Source of the DNA: Chitinophaga pinensis | Lineage (GTDB): Bacteria > Bacteroidota > Bacteroidia > UKL13-3 | Direction: 5' to 3' | Length of the DNA: 64,000 bases | Assembly (NCBI GenBank): GCA_945870425.1 | Contig: CAMBSD010000009.1 | Location: 50,180 to 114,179 of the forward strand | Part shown: positions 40,610 through 49,945 of the stretch, in pieces | How positions within the stretch are numbered: position 1 is the stretch's first letter | Layout: each line of letters begins with the position of its first letter | Notes under the pieces: generated by a model | The model's database searches: none | Seen by the model: the letters and a program-made list of their open reading frames with translations, nothing else | What the model was told of the DNA's origin: nothing | Position numbers and translations under genes: made by a program

Positions 40610-41968
40610 ATGCTAAAAAAGATAATCTATCTTTTGTTGTTGTTTAGTTTGGTTGCATGCGATGCCACCAAGCCTTTTATGAGTCAGGCGCAAACAGACA
40701 TGCAAGACAAAAACTACAATGAAGCTGCCAACAACTATTACAATATCCTGTTACTAAAGCCCAAAAATCCTCTGGCTATGGCAGGCCTCAAAACATCAGC
40801 ACAATTTGTGCTCTATGGAAAATTTGAAAAATTCAGTCAGCTTGTAATTGAAAACAATGTGCCTGATGCAGTGAAGCAATACCAATACAACCAAAAATAC
40901 TATAACCGTGTGAAAAGTGTTGGGGTTGATATAAATTGGCCTACGATGTATAACGAGGTGTATGAAGATATTAAAGACGAATACATAACAAAACTTCACT
41001 ATAGCAGCCTTGAACTCATCAACCAAAGAAAATACGAAAAGGCAGAAGAGCAATTTACACAAATAGCCGAACTTGATTCAAGCTACAAGGAGGTCACAGT
41101 GGTAAGAATGAGCAGCGTGCTAGAACCTCTTTATCAGCGTGGTTTAAGGATGATGAAAAACCAGAATTATAAGGAGGCTTATTTCAGTTTCGAGAAGGTA
41201 TTAGAATACGATACCAAATATAAAGATAGCCAAAATTTGAAAGCAGATGCCTTAGAAAAAGCAACCATCACCATTGGGGTTTTACCTATGGGCAATCAAA
41301 CAAAATTAGATAAGGAAGAAAACCTACTATACAGCCAACTTGCAAATAAGATTCAGCAAATACCAAATCCTTTTATCAAAGTGCTTGACAAATTGGGCAT
41401 TGAAAGCAGATTGAAAGATAAACAACTTGAATTAGCTGCTTTTTTAAATCCTGCTACTGCCGTCAAAACGGCTGAAGGTATTGGTTTAAAATACTTGTTA
41501 TTCTCTTCTCTTGATAATGCACAAGTTGATAATTTCAATCCAAGTAATGAAATGAAAGTAGCTTATGAAGCCATCAATGAAAACGTACAAAAGGGAAGGA
41601 ATGGTGCCTATCAATTTGTAACACGTTTTAAAAAGGTAAATTATACTGAGACTTATCAGATGCGAAGGGTGGCCTATAAAGTAAATTATCGTTTGGCAAA
41701 TATCCTTACACTTGAAACTGAAATAGCAGATTCAGTTGAGATTGAACAAAAGGATGAACAAACCATAGGTAAATATGAAGGTGAATTTCAAAACCTTTAC
41801 CCATTTTTACCTGCAGGCGATTTTATGCCTGAAACACCCACTGCGTGGCGAAATCAATTTACTGAAACCAAAAGAAACCTACTTAGTATTTCCATTTTGA
41901 GCACAAATTGTAGCCAAGCTGTAATTGAAAGAATAGTAGCTGATATCAGCTTTTATATAAATAAGTAA
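40610..41968 (+). CDS. lipoprotein with TPR-like helical repeats
   Basis: Lipobox 'LFSLVACDA'. Helical repeat-like N-terminal half (YNEAANNYYNILLLKPKNPLAMAG). Confidence 0.45.
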   Translation: MLKKIIYLLLLFSLVACDATKPFMSQAQTDMQDKNYNEAANNYYNILLLKPKNPLAMAGLKTSAQFVLYGKFEKFSQLVIENNVPDAVKQYQYNQKYYNRVKSVGVDINWPTMYNEVYEDIKDEYITKLHYSSLELINQRKYEKAEEQFTQIAELDSSYKEVTVVRMSSVLEPLYQRGLRMMKNQNYKEAYFSFEKVLEYDTKYKDSQNLKADALEKATITIGVLPMGNQTKLDKEENLLYSQLANKIQQIPNPFIKVLDKLGIESRLKDKQLELAAFLNPATAVKTAEGIGLKYLLFSSLDNAQVDNFNPSNEMKVAYEAINENVQKGRNGAYQFVTRFKKVNYTETYQMRRVAYKVNYRLANILTLETEIADSVEIEQKDEQTIGKYEGEFQNLYPFLPAGDFMPETPTAWRNQFTETKRNLLSISILSTNCSQAVIERIVADISFYINK

Positions 41969-42027
41969 AAAACCATTAGGTTTGCAAAACAGCATAAAAC
42001 AATACAAACACTAAAAATACAAACACT

Positions 42028-43032
42028 ATGAGCGATTTTAATGTAGTTACCCTCGGCCAATTTATTATTGACAAGCAGGTTGAGTTTCCTTATGCAAAGG
42101 GAGAATTATCAAGGCTTTTAAGAGATATTGGTATTGCAGCCAAAATAATAAGCCGCGAGGTAAACAAAGCAGGTCTTACTCAAATTTTAGGTGAACATGG
42201 AAGCACCAATGTGCAAGGTGAAGATGTAAAAAAACTCGACATCATTGGAAACGAAATGTTCATTTGGGCGCTCAGCAAAGGGGGCGAAGTTTGTGTGATG
42301 GCAAGTGAAGAGAATGATGACATCGTGCCTTTAGAAGGTACATATTCTAAAAATGGAAAATATGTTATTTGTATCGACCCTTTGGATGGCTCATCAAACA
42401 TTGATGTGAATGTTTCTATCGGAACCATTTTCTCTATCTATCATCGCGTATCTGAGCCTGGTACCGACCCTACTATCAATGATGTATTACAAGCTGGAAA
42501 CAAGCTAGTGGCTGCCGGTTATGTGGTATATGGTACTTCTACCATGCTGGTGTATAGCACAGGCAAAGGGGTAAATGGATTTACCTTAGATCCTTCAATT
42601 GGTGAATTCTGTTTATCGCACCCTGATATTAAAACCCCTGCTGATGGAAAAATATATTCAATCAACGAGGGCAATGCTGCCGAATTTCCCGAAGGCATCA
42701 AAAACTATTTGAATTGGGTAAAAGAAACCGACAAAGCAACAAGCCGTCCATACTCGGCACGTTATATTGGCTCTATGATTGCGGATTTCCATAGAAACCT
42801 ACTCAAAGGTGGGGTGTTTATTTACCCTCCAACTGCAAAATCACCTAATGGAAAGTTGCGCTTAATGTTTGAGTGTATTCCGATGAGTTTTATTGCTGAG
42901 CAAGCAGGCGGAAAATCAACTACATCAAAAGAAAGAATCTTAGATATTGAACCATCAGAACTGCATCAACGTGTGCCAATCATTATGGGTTCGCCTAATA
43001 TGGTTGATAAAGTACTTGAGTTTATGAAATAA
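42028..43032 (+). CDS. fbp: fructose-1,6-bisphosphatase class I
   Basis: 'MSDFNVVTLGQFII', 'DPLDGSSNIDVN' metal-binding motif, 'GKLRLMFE'. Confidence 0.9.
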   Translation: MSDFNVVTLGQFIIDKQVEFPYAKGELSRLLRDIGIAAKIISREVNKAGLTQILGEHGSTNVQGEDVKKLDIIGNEMFIWALSKGGEVCVMASEENDDIVPLEGTYSKNGKYVICIDPLDGSSNIDVNVSIGTIFSIYHRVSEPGTDPTINDVLQAGNKLVAAGYVVYGTSTMLVYSTGKGVNGFTLDPSIGEFCLSHPDIKTPADGKIYSINEGNAAEFPEGIKNYLNWVKETDKATSRPYSARYIGSMIADFHRNLLKGGVFIYPPTAKSPNGKLRLMFECIPMSFIAEQAGGKSTTSKERILDIEPSELHQRVPIIMGSPNMVDKVLEFMK

Positions 43033-43201
43033 TCATTTTCAGCACAGAATACCAATTATCCGTCTTGTGAGACAGATACTAGCGGGCTTGACTACGGATT
43101 TAATATGAAAACGAATTTGTTTTCTAAACCAACCCGTTTCGGAGACACTACTGTTCATCATACATCCCTAGAGCGCTCTATTGACTCTAAGGATAGTTGT
43201 G

Positions 43202-43618
43202 TTAATTGTTAGTATCAGAATTTACTGAATTTTGCTTTGGGTGGTATTTGGGATTAAACAATAGTTTATATTGCATACTTTGACTTCCAAAATTTATAAG
43301 TAAGCCTAGCGGAAAATCATAAGCAACAGTGTAGTTTTTAGCTTGTGCAATATGAACATTTTCCAAGTTTACTAAGGCTTTTATTTCAACTACTATTTTA
43401 CCTTCCACAATAAAGTCAGCTCTTCTGATTCCAACTTCCATGTCTTCGTAATACACGGTTTGTTCTTGCTCCCTTTGGAAAACCAATCCTTGTTTTTTAA
43501 ATTCAATGGCAAGACATCGCTGGTATATTACCTCTTGGAAACCTGGCCCCATAATATTATGTACCTTCATAGCACAACCAATTATTTTATAAGTTAACTC
43601 ATCTTTTTCCATGTACAC
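43202..43618 (-). CDS. GxxExxY family protein (PD-(D/E)XK-like)
   Basis: 'GPGFQEVIYQ' GxxExxY signature. Confidence 0.8.
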   Translation of the reverse strand: MYMEKDELTYKIIGCAMKVHNIMGPGFQEVIYQRCLAIEFKKQGLVFQREQEQTVYYEDMEVGIRRADFIVEGKIVVEIKALVNLENVHIAQAKNYTVAYDFPLGLLINFGSQSMQYKLLFNPKYHPKQNSVNSDTNN

Positions 43619-43727
43619 ATAGTTCAGTTAATTATCTCGTTATGCAAATTCTGATTCAGACCTTCTTCACCCAATCTTTAGAGGATATTTGGTATTACTT
43701 CTTTTTTTATTCAACTGTCGAGGTCAG

Positions 43728-44522
43728 TTAAGGCCTAACCGCCAGCACACCGTTATTGCTATTAATATCCAATAAAGGATAATCATTAAAATCAACTGAA
43801 GCATCTCCGTTTAGGTCATTCGCATCATATCCCAATATGCCATCATTGCTTGCTATATCAAGTGCAGGGTAATCATTAAAATCTACGGAACCATCTTGTG
43901 TAATGTCGCCACTATACATCGCAAAAACACCATTACCCATATTTGATAAGTTATCGCCAAAAGCTTTGTTAGCTGCATTGCTAAAATTATAAGATGCCCC
44001 CAAAGCAGTAATATTTACTGGACTTGCACTCCAAGTTTCAATGCTATTGCGATGTTTTACTACAATAAAGTATGCATTGCCAATAGCACTTGCAGGAATC
44101 AATACCTTAGCTGTTCCATCTGTATTTACAAGGGCATTACAAGAATAAATAGAATCATAAGGTGCATGGCTGCTGTGTAGTTTAACCTGTATGATGTCCG
44201 ACACTGTTTTTTCAGTTAATACACCTGGGGTATTAAACAAACTTTGCATTTTTGAATTGCCCACATAATAGCCTTCAATAAAAGCTGTAAGGTTTATATA
44301 CACACCCGTATCAATGCTTTCAGGCTGCTGATAACCTTGTGTAAGCATACTGGTATGATTACCCAAAGTAGCATTAAAGGTTTCACCTATGGTGGCACTT
44401 AGGTTAATATTTCCATTACTGAAATATGAACCTGCCACAGGTTGAGCCTTGCGGGTGATAGTTTGCGAGTATGAAACTTTAACAATAATAATTGATAAAA
44501 TGAATAGTATATTTTTTTTCAT
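43728..44522 (-). CDS. secreted protein with duplicated C-terminal dockerin-like Ca-binding repeats
   Basis: Signal peptide ending SYSQ. C-terminal 'GDITQDGSVDFNDYPALDIA' and 'NDLNGDASVDFNDYPLLDIN' (DxNxDGxVDxxDY F-hand pair). Confidence 0.55.
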   Translation of the reverse strand: MKKNILFILSIIIVKVSYSQTITRKAQPVAGSYFSNGNINLSATIGETFNATLGNHTSMLTQGYQQPESIDTGVYINLTAFIEGYYVGNSKMQSLFNTPGVLTEKTVSDIIQVKLHSSHAPYDSIYSCNALVNTDGTAKVLIPASAIGNAYFIVVKHRNSIETWSASPVNITALGASYNFSNAANKAFGDNLSNMGNGVFAMYSGDITQDGSVDFNDYPALDIASNDGILGYDANDLNGDASVDFNDYPLLDINSNNGVLAVRP

Positions 44523-44534
44523 AATAAGATTAGT

Positions 44535-44918
44535 TTATTGAATAATGTTGTACTCAATTATAGAAACAACATAACTTCGTCCTGCACCAGCCCAACCTAA
44601 ATAATCTCCGGATTGTAACCAAATTGTTTCTTTAATTACAGATAATGAAATTACATTGTTATTACCATAATTTATTTCTCTCGCAACATTGCTATAACAA
44701 GCATTATTTATTGTTAAACAACCTGATAAATTATTACTAAAATCGCGCCCTCCACTAATGCCCATAGATTCAATTTTCCATACTTTAACGCTAGGCACTG
44801 TATCGAATGTAGTAGTTGTAATACCAGTAAAAGTTCTTACCCTATTAAACTGCAAATTCCCTTGCGCATACGAAGCCATTGAAAATAATAGAATCGCAAT
44901 TGTTATTGTTTTTTTCAT
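44535..44918 (-). CDS. small secreted protein, paralog of 44930..45400
   Basis: Start set at 'MKKTITIAILLFSMASYAQGNLQFNRV'. Shares N-terminal (about 85% nt identity) and C-terminal (IIEYNII / AIEFNIV) segments with the neighbour. Confidence 0.55.
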   Translation of the reverse strand: MKKTITIAILLFSMASYAQGNLQFNRVRTFTGITTTTFDTVPSVKVWKIESMGISGGRDFSNNLSGCLTINNACYSNVAREINYGNNNVISLSVIKETIWLQSGDYLGWAGAGRSYVVSIIEYNIIQ

Positions 44919-44929
44919 ATTTTTTATAA

Positions 44930-45400
44930 TTATGGAACGATGTTGAATTCTATAGCTGAAATTAACATACCTGTGCCTTGTACAATTGAAATAACTTCTC
45001 CTGCCTTTAACCATACTGACGGTGCACCAAAACCACCCAATACTGGGGTATCCAATGTTGCTGGACATTGGCTGCACTGACCTTGAGGTGCAATAGTACT
45101 ATTATTAAGCTGGGTTAAATTATATTTTAACCCAGCTACTGAAGCAATTTCAAATGTATTGTGGGTATAATAACAATAATCACTACCCGATTGCCATATA
45201 CAATTAGTATATGGCAATTTAACTGTTAAATTATTCCCAGATCCTGTTGAAGTTATCTTCAAAACTTTCCCAGCAGGAACAGTATAAGTATCTCCGTTTT
45301 TTATATTTAAAACCTGATTAAACTGTAAATTACCTTGCGCATATGAAGCCATTGAAAACAGCAGCATTGCTATGGTTATAATTTTTTTCATGTTATTCAT
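44930..45400 (-). CDS. small secreted protein, paralog of 44535..44918
   Basis: 'MKKIITIAMLLFSMASYAQGNLQFNQV...', Cys-containing middle region. Confidence 0.55.
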   Translation of the reverse strand: MNNMKKIITIAMLLFSMASYAQGNLQFNQVLNIKNGDTYTVPAGKVLKITSTGSGNNLTVKLPYTNCIWQSGSDYCYYTHNTFEIASVAGLKYNLTQLNNSTIAPQGQCSQCPATLDTPVLGGFGAPSVWLKAGEVISIVQGTGMLISAIEFNIVP

Positions 45401-45402
45401 AA

Positions 45403-45852
45403 TTAAAATCCATCAGATAAATAAAGCATGGTATTGGCATTAGAGCCTTTGCTTGTGCCAGAAAATATGGAATAAGGAACACTCATCAATTGCTGCACAC
45501 CCATAAATGAGTAGTTGTTACCTGTAGCAGTGGTGTCTAATTCAACTTGCAAAAATTTTGAATTATTGCCCCAATTTACACCTGCCAAAGTTCCTGTAAT
45601 GGCCGTTCCCATGCCCACATTTAGGTTAAACATACCCAAGGCATTGGTGGTGGTGGTATGGGTTTCTTTAAAAGCAACCGTGCCTGTAGCCACACTATCC
45701 AAAATACTAAAGCGTACTTTAATAGCTGTATTGGTTAGTGCTTGTCCGTTGGCTTTTCTTGCAGCCGCTTGGTAAGGTATGCCAAGCGGTGCTTGGGCAT
45801 ACGTTTTTGCAAATCCTAGAATTGCAATTAATGTGTAGATTATTTTTCTCAT
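45403..45852 (-). CDS. small secreted protein, first gene of the cluster
   Basis: Signal peptide 'MRKIIYTLIAILGFAKTYAQ'. No known motif. Confidence 0.5.
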   Translation of the reverse strand: MRKIIYTLIAILGFAKTYAQAPLGIPYQAAARKANGQALTNTAIKVRFSILDSVATGTVAFKETHTTTTNALGMFNLNVGMGTAITGTLAGVNWGNNSKFLQVELDTTATGNNYSFMGVQQLMSVPYSIFSGTSKGSNANTMLYLSDGF

Positions 45853-45990
45853 TGTATTGATTTGTATAGCGTTACTGTTTTTTTTAACACCTATCCTTTA
45901 CAAAGGAAATAAAATAATCATCATTTACAAGCGATTATTTATCTTAAATTAAATAAATTTAACTTTATTATACATAATGTTATCGTAATA

Positions 45991-46362
45991 TTGCACATGC
46001 ACATAGGCTTACGTATTAAGATAGCTAGAATTAGTAAAGGATTTAAACAAGAGGATCTAGCTGAACGGATAAATAAAACCCGTCCCCTCATCTCCAGTAT
46101 TGAACAAACTGGTAAAGTTAATCATTATACCTTGAAGAAAATATGCGAGGTATTAGAAATTGATATAAACGAATTGGAAAACTCGGTGGTTTCTGAACCG
46201 TCTGCGCTGTTTTTAAGTAAGCAGCCTAACTTTAATAGTCTTAATTCCAGAATAAAGGAAATAGAGGAAGATAATAAAAACCTAAGATCGCTTATTTTGG
46301 CTCAATCAGAACTAATAAAAGACCAAAAAGATTTTATCAATAAACAAAAAAAGAATACATAA
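45991..46362 (+). CDS. XRE-family helix-turn-helix transcriptional regulator
   Basis: HTH_3-like 'IGLRIKIARISKGFKQEDLAERINKTRPLISSIEQ', coiled-coil-like tail. Divergent from the secreted-protein cluster. Confidence 0.7.
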   Translation: MHMHIGLRIKIARISKGFKQEDLAERINKTRPLISSIEQTGKVNHYTLKKICEVLEIDINELENSVVSEPSALFLSKQPNFNSLNSRIKEIEEDNKNLRSLILAQSELIKDQKDFINKQKKNT

Positions 46363-46431
46363 ATTTCCAATTGGTAATTTATGTTTATCTGCTCTCAGAA
46401 TGGTAGCTTTGCCAAGCAATTGTAAAAGTTT

Positions 46432-47526
46432 CTATTCTTGTTTTTCTATATGAATGGTTTGGGTTGGATAAGCAAAACTACAATGGTTATTTTCTACGAT
46501 ATGCATAATTTTTAAGTTTAGCATTTCTTTTACTTCTATCATCTTTTCAAACTCGTTGCTGTTTACATAATAGATCACCAATATGTTAAGCGAACTGCTG
46601 CCAAACTCTGTAAACCTTACATTGGTTTCATCGCAGGTATCAGGGTGTGCATCTATCTCGGTTTTTATTTGTTCTATAATGTTGAGTATGTTTTCTGACT
46701 TAGCTCCATAGGTCAGTTGCAAACTAAACCTCACACGCCTTTGGGTACTTTGGGTGATATTGTTTAGCGCAGCATCTACCATTTTTTTGTTGGGCACGGT
46801 AAGCAAGCTGCGGTCTAAAGTCCTAACGCGTGTAGTCCTAAATCCAATTTTTTCAATATTGCCTTTTATCTCACCTGCTTCAACCAAATCGCCTACACTA
46901 AAGGGTTTGTCTAAGTAAATAATAAAGGAGCCAAACAAGTTGGCAATCGTATCCTGAGCAGCAAGAGCCACAGCCAATCCTCCAATACCCAAACTGGCAA
47001 TCAGAGCGGTAATGTTTACTTCAAAAGCTTGTGCTAGAATCACAAAAAACGAAATGATAATGGCCAAAACCTTCGACAGTTCTTTGATAAACCTAACCAA
47101 ATCTTTACTCACTTCGGTATCCTCACTATGGATAAAAACGTAAGAAATAAAATCAAATACACGCAAAACTATGCGCGTAAAAACTACGATAAGGGCAATT
47201 TCAAATAGGGCTTCAATCAACCAACGAACACCAAATTTCTCAATAGGGTCAATGTCCCAAATGACTGGAAAATGTAACCTGTCCAAAGCAAAATATACCA
47301 CTAATACGGTGATAAACTGCTCAACCGGTTTTAAAAATAGGGTAACAAAAACCTCAGAATAACGGTTGTGGGCAATGCCTTTGACAAAGCGAAAACTTTG
47401 GCGGCTGATGATGCGTGCCGAAACCCTTTTTAACAAAAAGCCTAGCAACAATATGCCAAAGGCAATGAGATATTGGTAGAGGGTATTATCTAAAAAAACC
47501 TGATTATAAAATTCTGCCGTAAACAT
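46432..47526 (-). CDS. mechanosensitive ion channel, MscS family
   Basis: TM3-like 'AVALAAQDTIANLFGSFIIYLDKPFSVGDLVE' followed by beta-domain 'GNIEKIGFRTTRVRTLDRSLLTVPN'. Confidence 0.8.
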   Translation of the reverse strand: MFTAEFYNQVFLDNTLYQYLIAFGILLLGFLLKRVSARIISRQSFRFVKGIAHNRYSEVFVTLFLKPVEQFITVLVVYFALDRLHFPVIWDIDPIEKFGVRWLIEALFEIALIVVFTRIVLRVFDFISYVFIHSEDTEVSKDLVRFIKELSKVLAIIISFFVILAQAFEVNITALIASLGIGGLAVALAAQDTIANLFGSFIIYLDKPFSVGDLVEAGEIKGNIEKIGFRTTRVRTLDRSLLTVPNKKMVDAALNNITQSTQRRVRFSLQLTYGAKSENILNIIEQIKTEIDAHPDTCDETNVRFTEFGSSSLNILVIYYVNSNEFEKMIEVKEMLNLKIMHIVENNHCSFAYPTQTIHIEKQE

Positions 47527-47598
47527 ACCGCAAATATAGGGTTGAATTTGAGAATGAGGGAATATGAAAATGTGCTTATGGGATATTCAAAACCTACA

Positions 47599-47717
47599 CA
47601 AGTGTTAAGCGAAGCGTCACTTGCAAATAGAAAGATTAAAATTTTGTAACTTTTATATAGCAATCATATCACAAAAAGGATGGCTTCATACAATAAATGT
47701 CAGGTGGAAACACGTGA
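47599..47717 (+). repeat. interspersed element, copy 1 (5'-truncated, degenerate terminal hairpin)
   Basis: At least 85% identical to 50351..50488 and 51493..51632 over the core AGTGTTAAGCGAAGCGTCACTTG...GTCAGGTGGAAACAC. Confidence 0.6.
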
Positions 47718-47757
47718 TAGAACTAGTAAAGAAAACTACTTTCAAATATCTTCGATA

Positions 47758-48309
47758 TTAGTAAATAACCTTGCAATTGCCTGCGGCTATTAAGTTACTC
47801 CAATCCGCCAACTTAATATTTTCAGTTCCACAATCAGAATAGAGGACTTCCAGCGAGTTTTCCGAAACGCCAGTTATACAGAAAACATTACCAACACCAG
47901 CAGATAAAAACATATAAACTTTTATTCCATTAAGTTCTGTAATTAACTCATGAATTATAAATTGACCAGAGGACTTTAATCGTTCAATTATAAATCTTTC
48001 AGCGTCATTCACATTAACTTTTGCAGGTTTTTCCTCATCAACTAATCGAGGTTGTTCTGCCCTTTTTTTTGTCAGGAACTGAGGTATCCCTGCTTTAATA
48101 ATAGAATCAACAAGCCTTTTATTCTCATTAGCCTGATATAAGGAATCTACAGCATAAATTGAATCCTTTAGCTTTTGTTCATTTTTCATTTTTAATTGTC
48201 TTTCATCACTACCACATCCACATAATATTAATGATAATAATAACAATTGAAAAATTGATAAAAATTTGCGATTATATTTGAAAGAATTATTTAAAAATTT
48301 AAGCCTCAT
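47758..48309 (-). CDS. lipoprotein, unknown function
   Basis: Lipobox 'LILCGCGS'. No known motif. Confidence 0.5.
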   Translation of the reverse strand: MRLKFLNNSFKYNRKFLSIFQLLLLSLILCGCGSDERQLKMKNEQKLKDSIYAVDSLYQANENKRLVDSIIKAGIPQFLTKKRAEQPRLVDEEKPAKVNVNDAERFIIERLKSSGQFIIHELITELNGIKVYMFLSAGVGNVFCITGVSENSLEVLYSDCGTENIKLADWSNLIAAGNCKVIY

Positions 48310-48506
48310 TTTCGAATAGGTGTTAAAAGTTTGAAATGCTATTATTTTCTCAACTTTGGTTAACTGGCATTTCTGGGATTTCAGTAGTGCCAGTTTTAGT
48401 AGTTACAATTGTAAAGCTAGCATTTAAATGCCTTATACCTGAGACTTCCATTATTAGAAAATAATAAAAACTAAAAAACAGTTTTATATAACAATTGTCC
48501 TGTTTT

Positions 48507-49085
48507 CTAATTTAAAAACAACCTCTCAATTAATAGGTCATAAAAGGCATATAATTCGCACCCAATTAACAAACTAAATAAACCAACACTTATTACTTCG
48601 TAGATATTATCAGAAAAAATTCCTGACCTTAAATCTCTAATTACTATTGAAGAGTAAATAAATTCAAATAGAAAATATACCCCAACAAGTATTGTTCCCC
48701 ACAATCCAAGTCCAATATGTTTACTTACTTGTTCGATATCATATTGAAAAATAAACTTATTGACTACAAAAAAAATAATTAAAAACAAGATAGTTTGTGC
48801 ATAAGAAAAATAAGCATTTTTGTTCAGAAGAGCAGAAATAATCAAATAGAATGATAATATTGGAATAAGGTACAAAACATAAACTTTATTGTAAATAATA
48901 TCGGTTTTATAATCTGCACCTATAAGTTCACCTATAAGTTGATTTGACTCATTTACAAGTGTCAAAAGATCCCATGCAGAAGCTTTAAAAATCCATGGCA
49001 AAAAGAAAAATAATAGCAATAAAAGACTTGAAATTATAACTTTTAAATTCTTAATTTGAATGTTTTGTGATTCACTATTATTCAT
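48507..49085 (-). CDS. polytopic membrane protein, unknown function
   Basis: Start set at MNNSESQ. Four or five predicted TM helices. Confidence 0.45.
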   Translation of the reverse strand: MNNSESQNIQIKNLKVIISSLLLLLFFFLPWIFKASAWDLLTLVNESNQLIGELIGADYKTDIIYNKVYVLYLIPILSFYLIISALLNKNAYFSYAQTILFLIIFFVVNKFIFQYDIEQVSKHIGLGLWGTILVGVYFLFEFIYSSIVIRDLRSGIFSDNIYEVISVGLFSLLIGCELYAFYDLLIERLFLN

Positions 49086-49176
49086 ATTTTCGTTGTTAAC
49101 TGTATTTTTAAATCTATTTATTGCTATAGTTGTAAATTTTATTTCAAAGATTATTTCATATATATATATATTGATA

Positions 49177-49749
49177 CTAAATCTCATAAATTTGGTACCT
49201 ATTTAATTTGTATATCTCATGCCCTTTTGGAAACACTATAGGTTGTGATAAAATGTTTAAGTTTTTGAATTCAAAACTCACGTTGAATAAGGGTTCAGTT
49301 CCTAAACCTGCTACAATCTGGTTAAACATCTTTACATCAGCATTTGCTGCTTTTACTTGTTTGCGCATTTGCTTAATCCAGCCCTTAGCATAAAACTGAT
49401 TTTGAATAGTATGATTTTCATCTACAAAATATTCCCATTTTTTAAGTGTAGCAATATGCAAGCGTTCTTTGGTCTGCTTATTTAGGGTATATAAAATAAG
49501 TTCTTAAGGAAAGTTTCTTAGTTTAGTACTTTTTGCAACACCTTGTAAAAAGGCATATTTCATCCCATTAATTAAAGTGGATTGATCAAACAACCATTCT
49601 TCAAAACCAAAATGGTGTTTGCCTTCAAAACAATCTGGATTACTGCTTTTACCGGCTAATCCAGTAGGCATTTTCCAATTTTTTGAATTAAACGTAAGGC
49701 GAGTATATTGCATAATAATAATAAATTTTTTGGCAATCGATAAATTCAA
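49177..49749 (-). pseudogene. hypothetical protein interrupted by in-frame TAA (49504-49506)
   Basis: Track ORFs 49504..49749 and 49177..49461 are in the same frame, separated by one TAA plus 14 sense codons. Confidence 0.45.
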
Positions 49750-49945
49750 TAAGTATTAGTTTTATAATTTTTTTTATTATTAATTAGAAAACAAATTTAA
49801 CAGGGCAATAGGTCTATTCAAATTATATTTGGTAGTTTTATTTTACTTTTAAGTATTTTATTTATACTTTTAGTTATATTTGTTTAATAAAATTAGTAAA
49901 TCAACTACCTTAAGAATTATGCATACAAAAACAAAATCAGATCAG

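Noticed and set aside
45945-45963. AT-only near-palindrome TTAAATT-N5-AATTTAA in the divergent promoter region of the XRE regulator, considered as an operator.
   Set aside because: It cannot be distinguished from chance symmetry in the AT-rich background.
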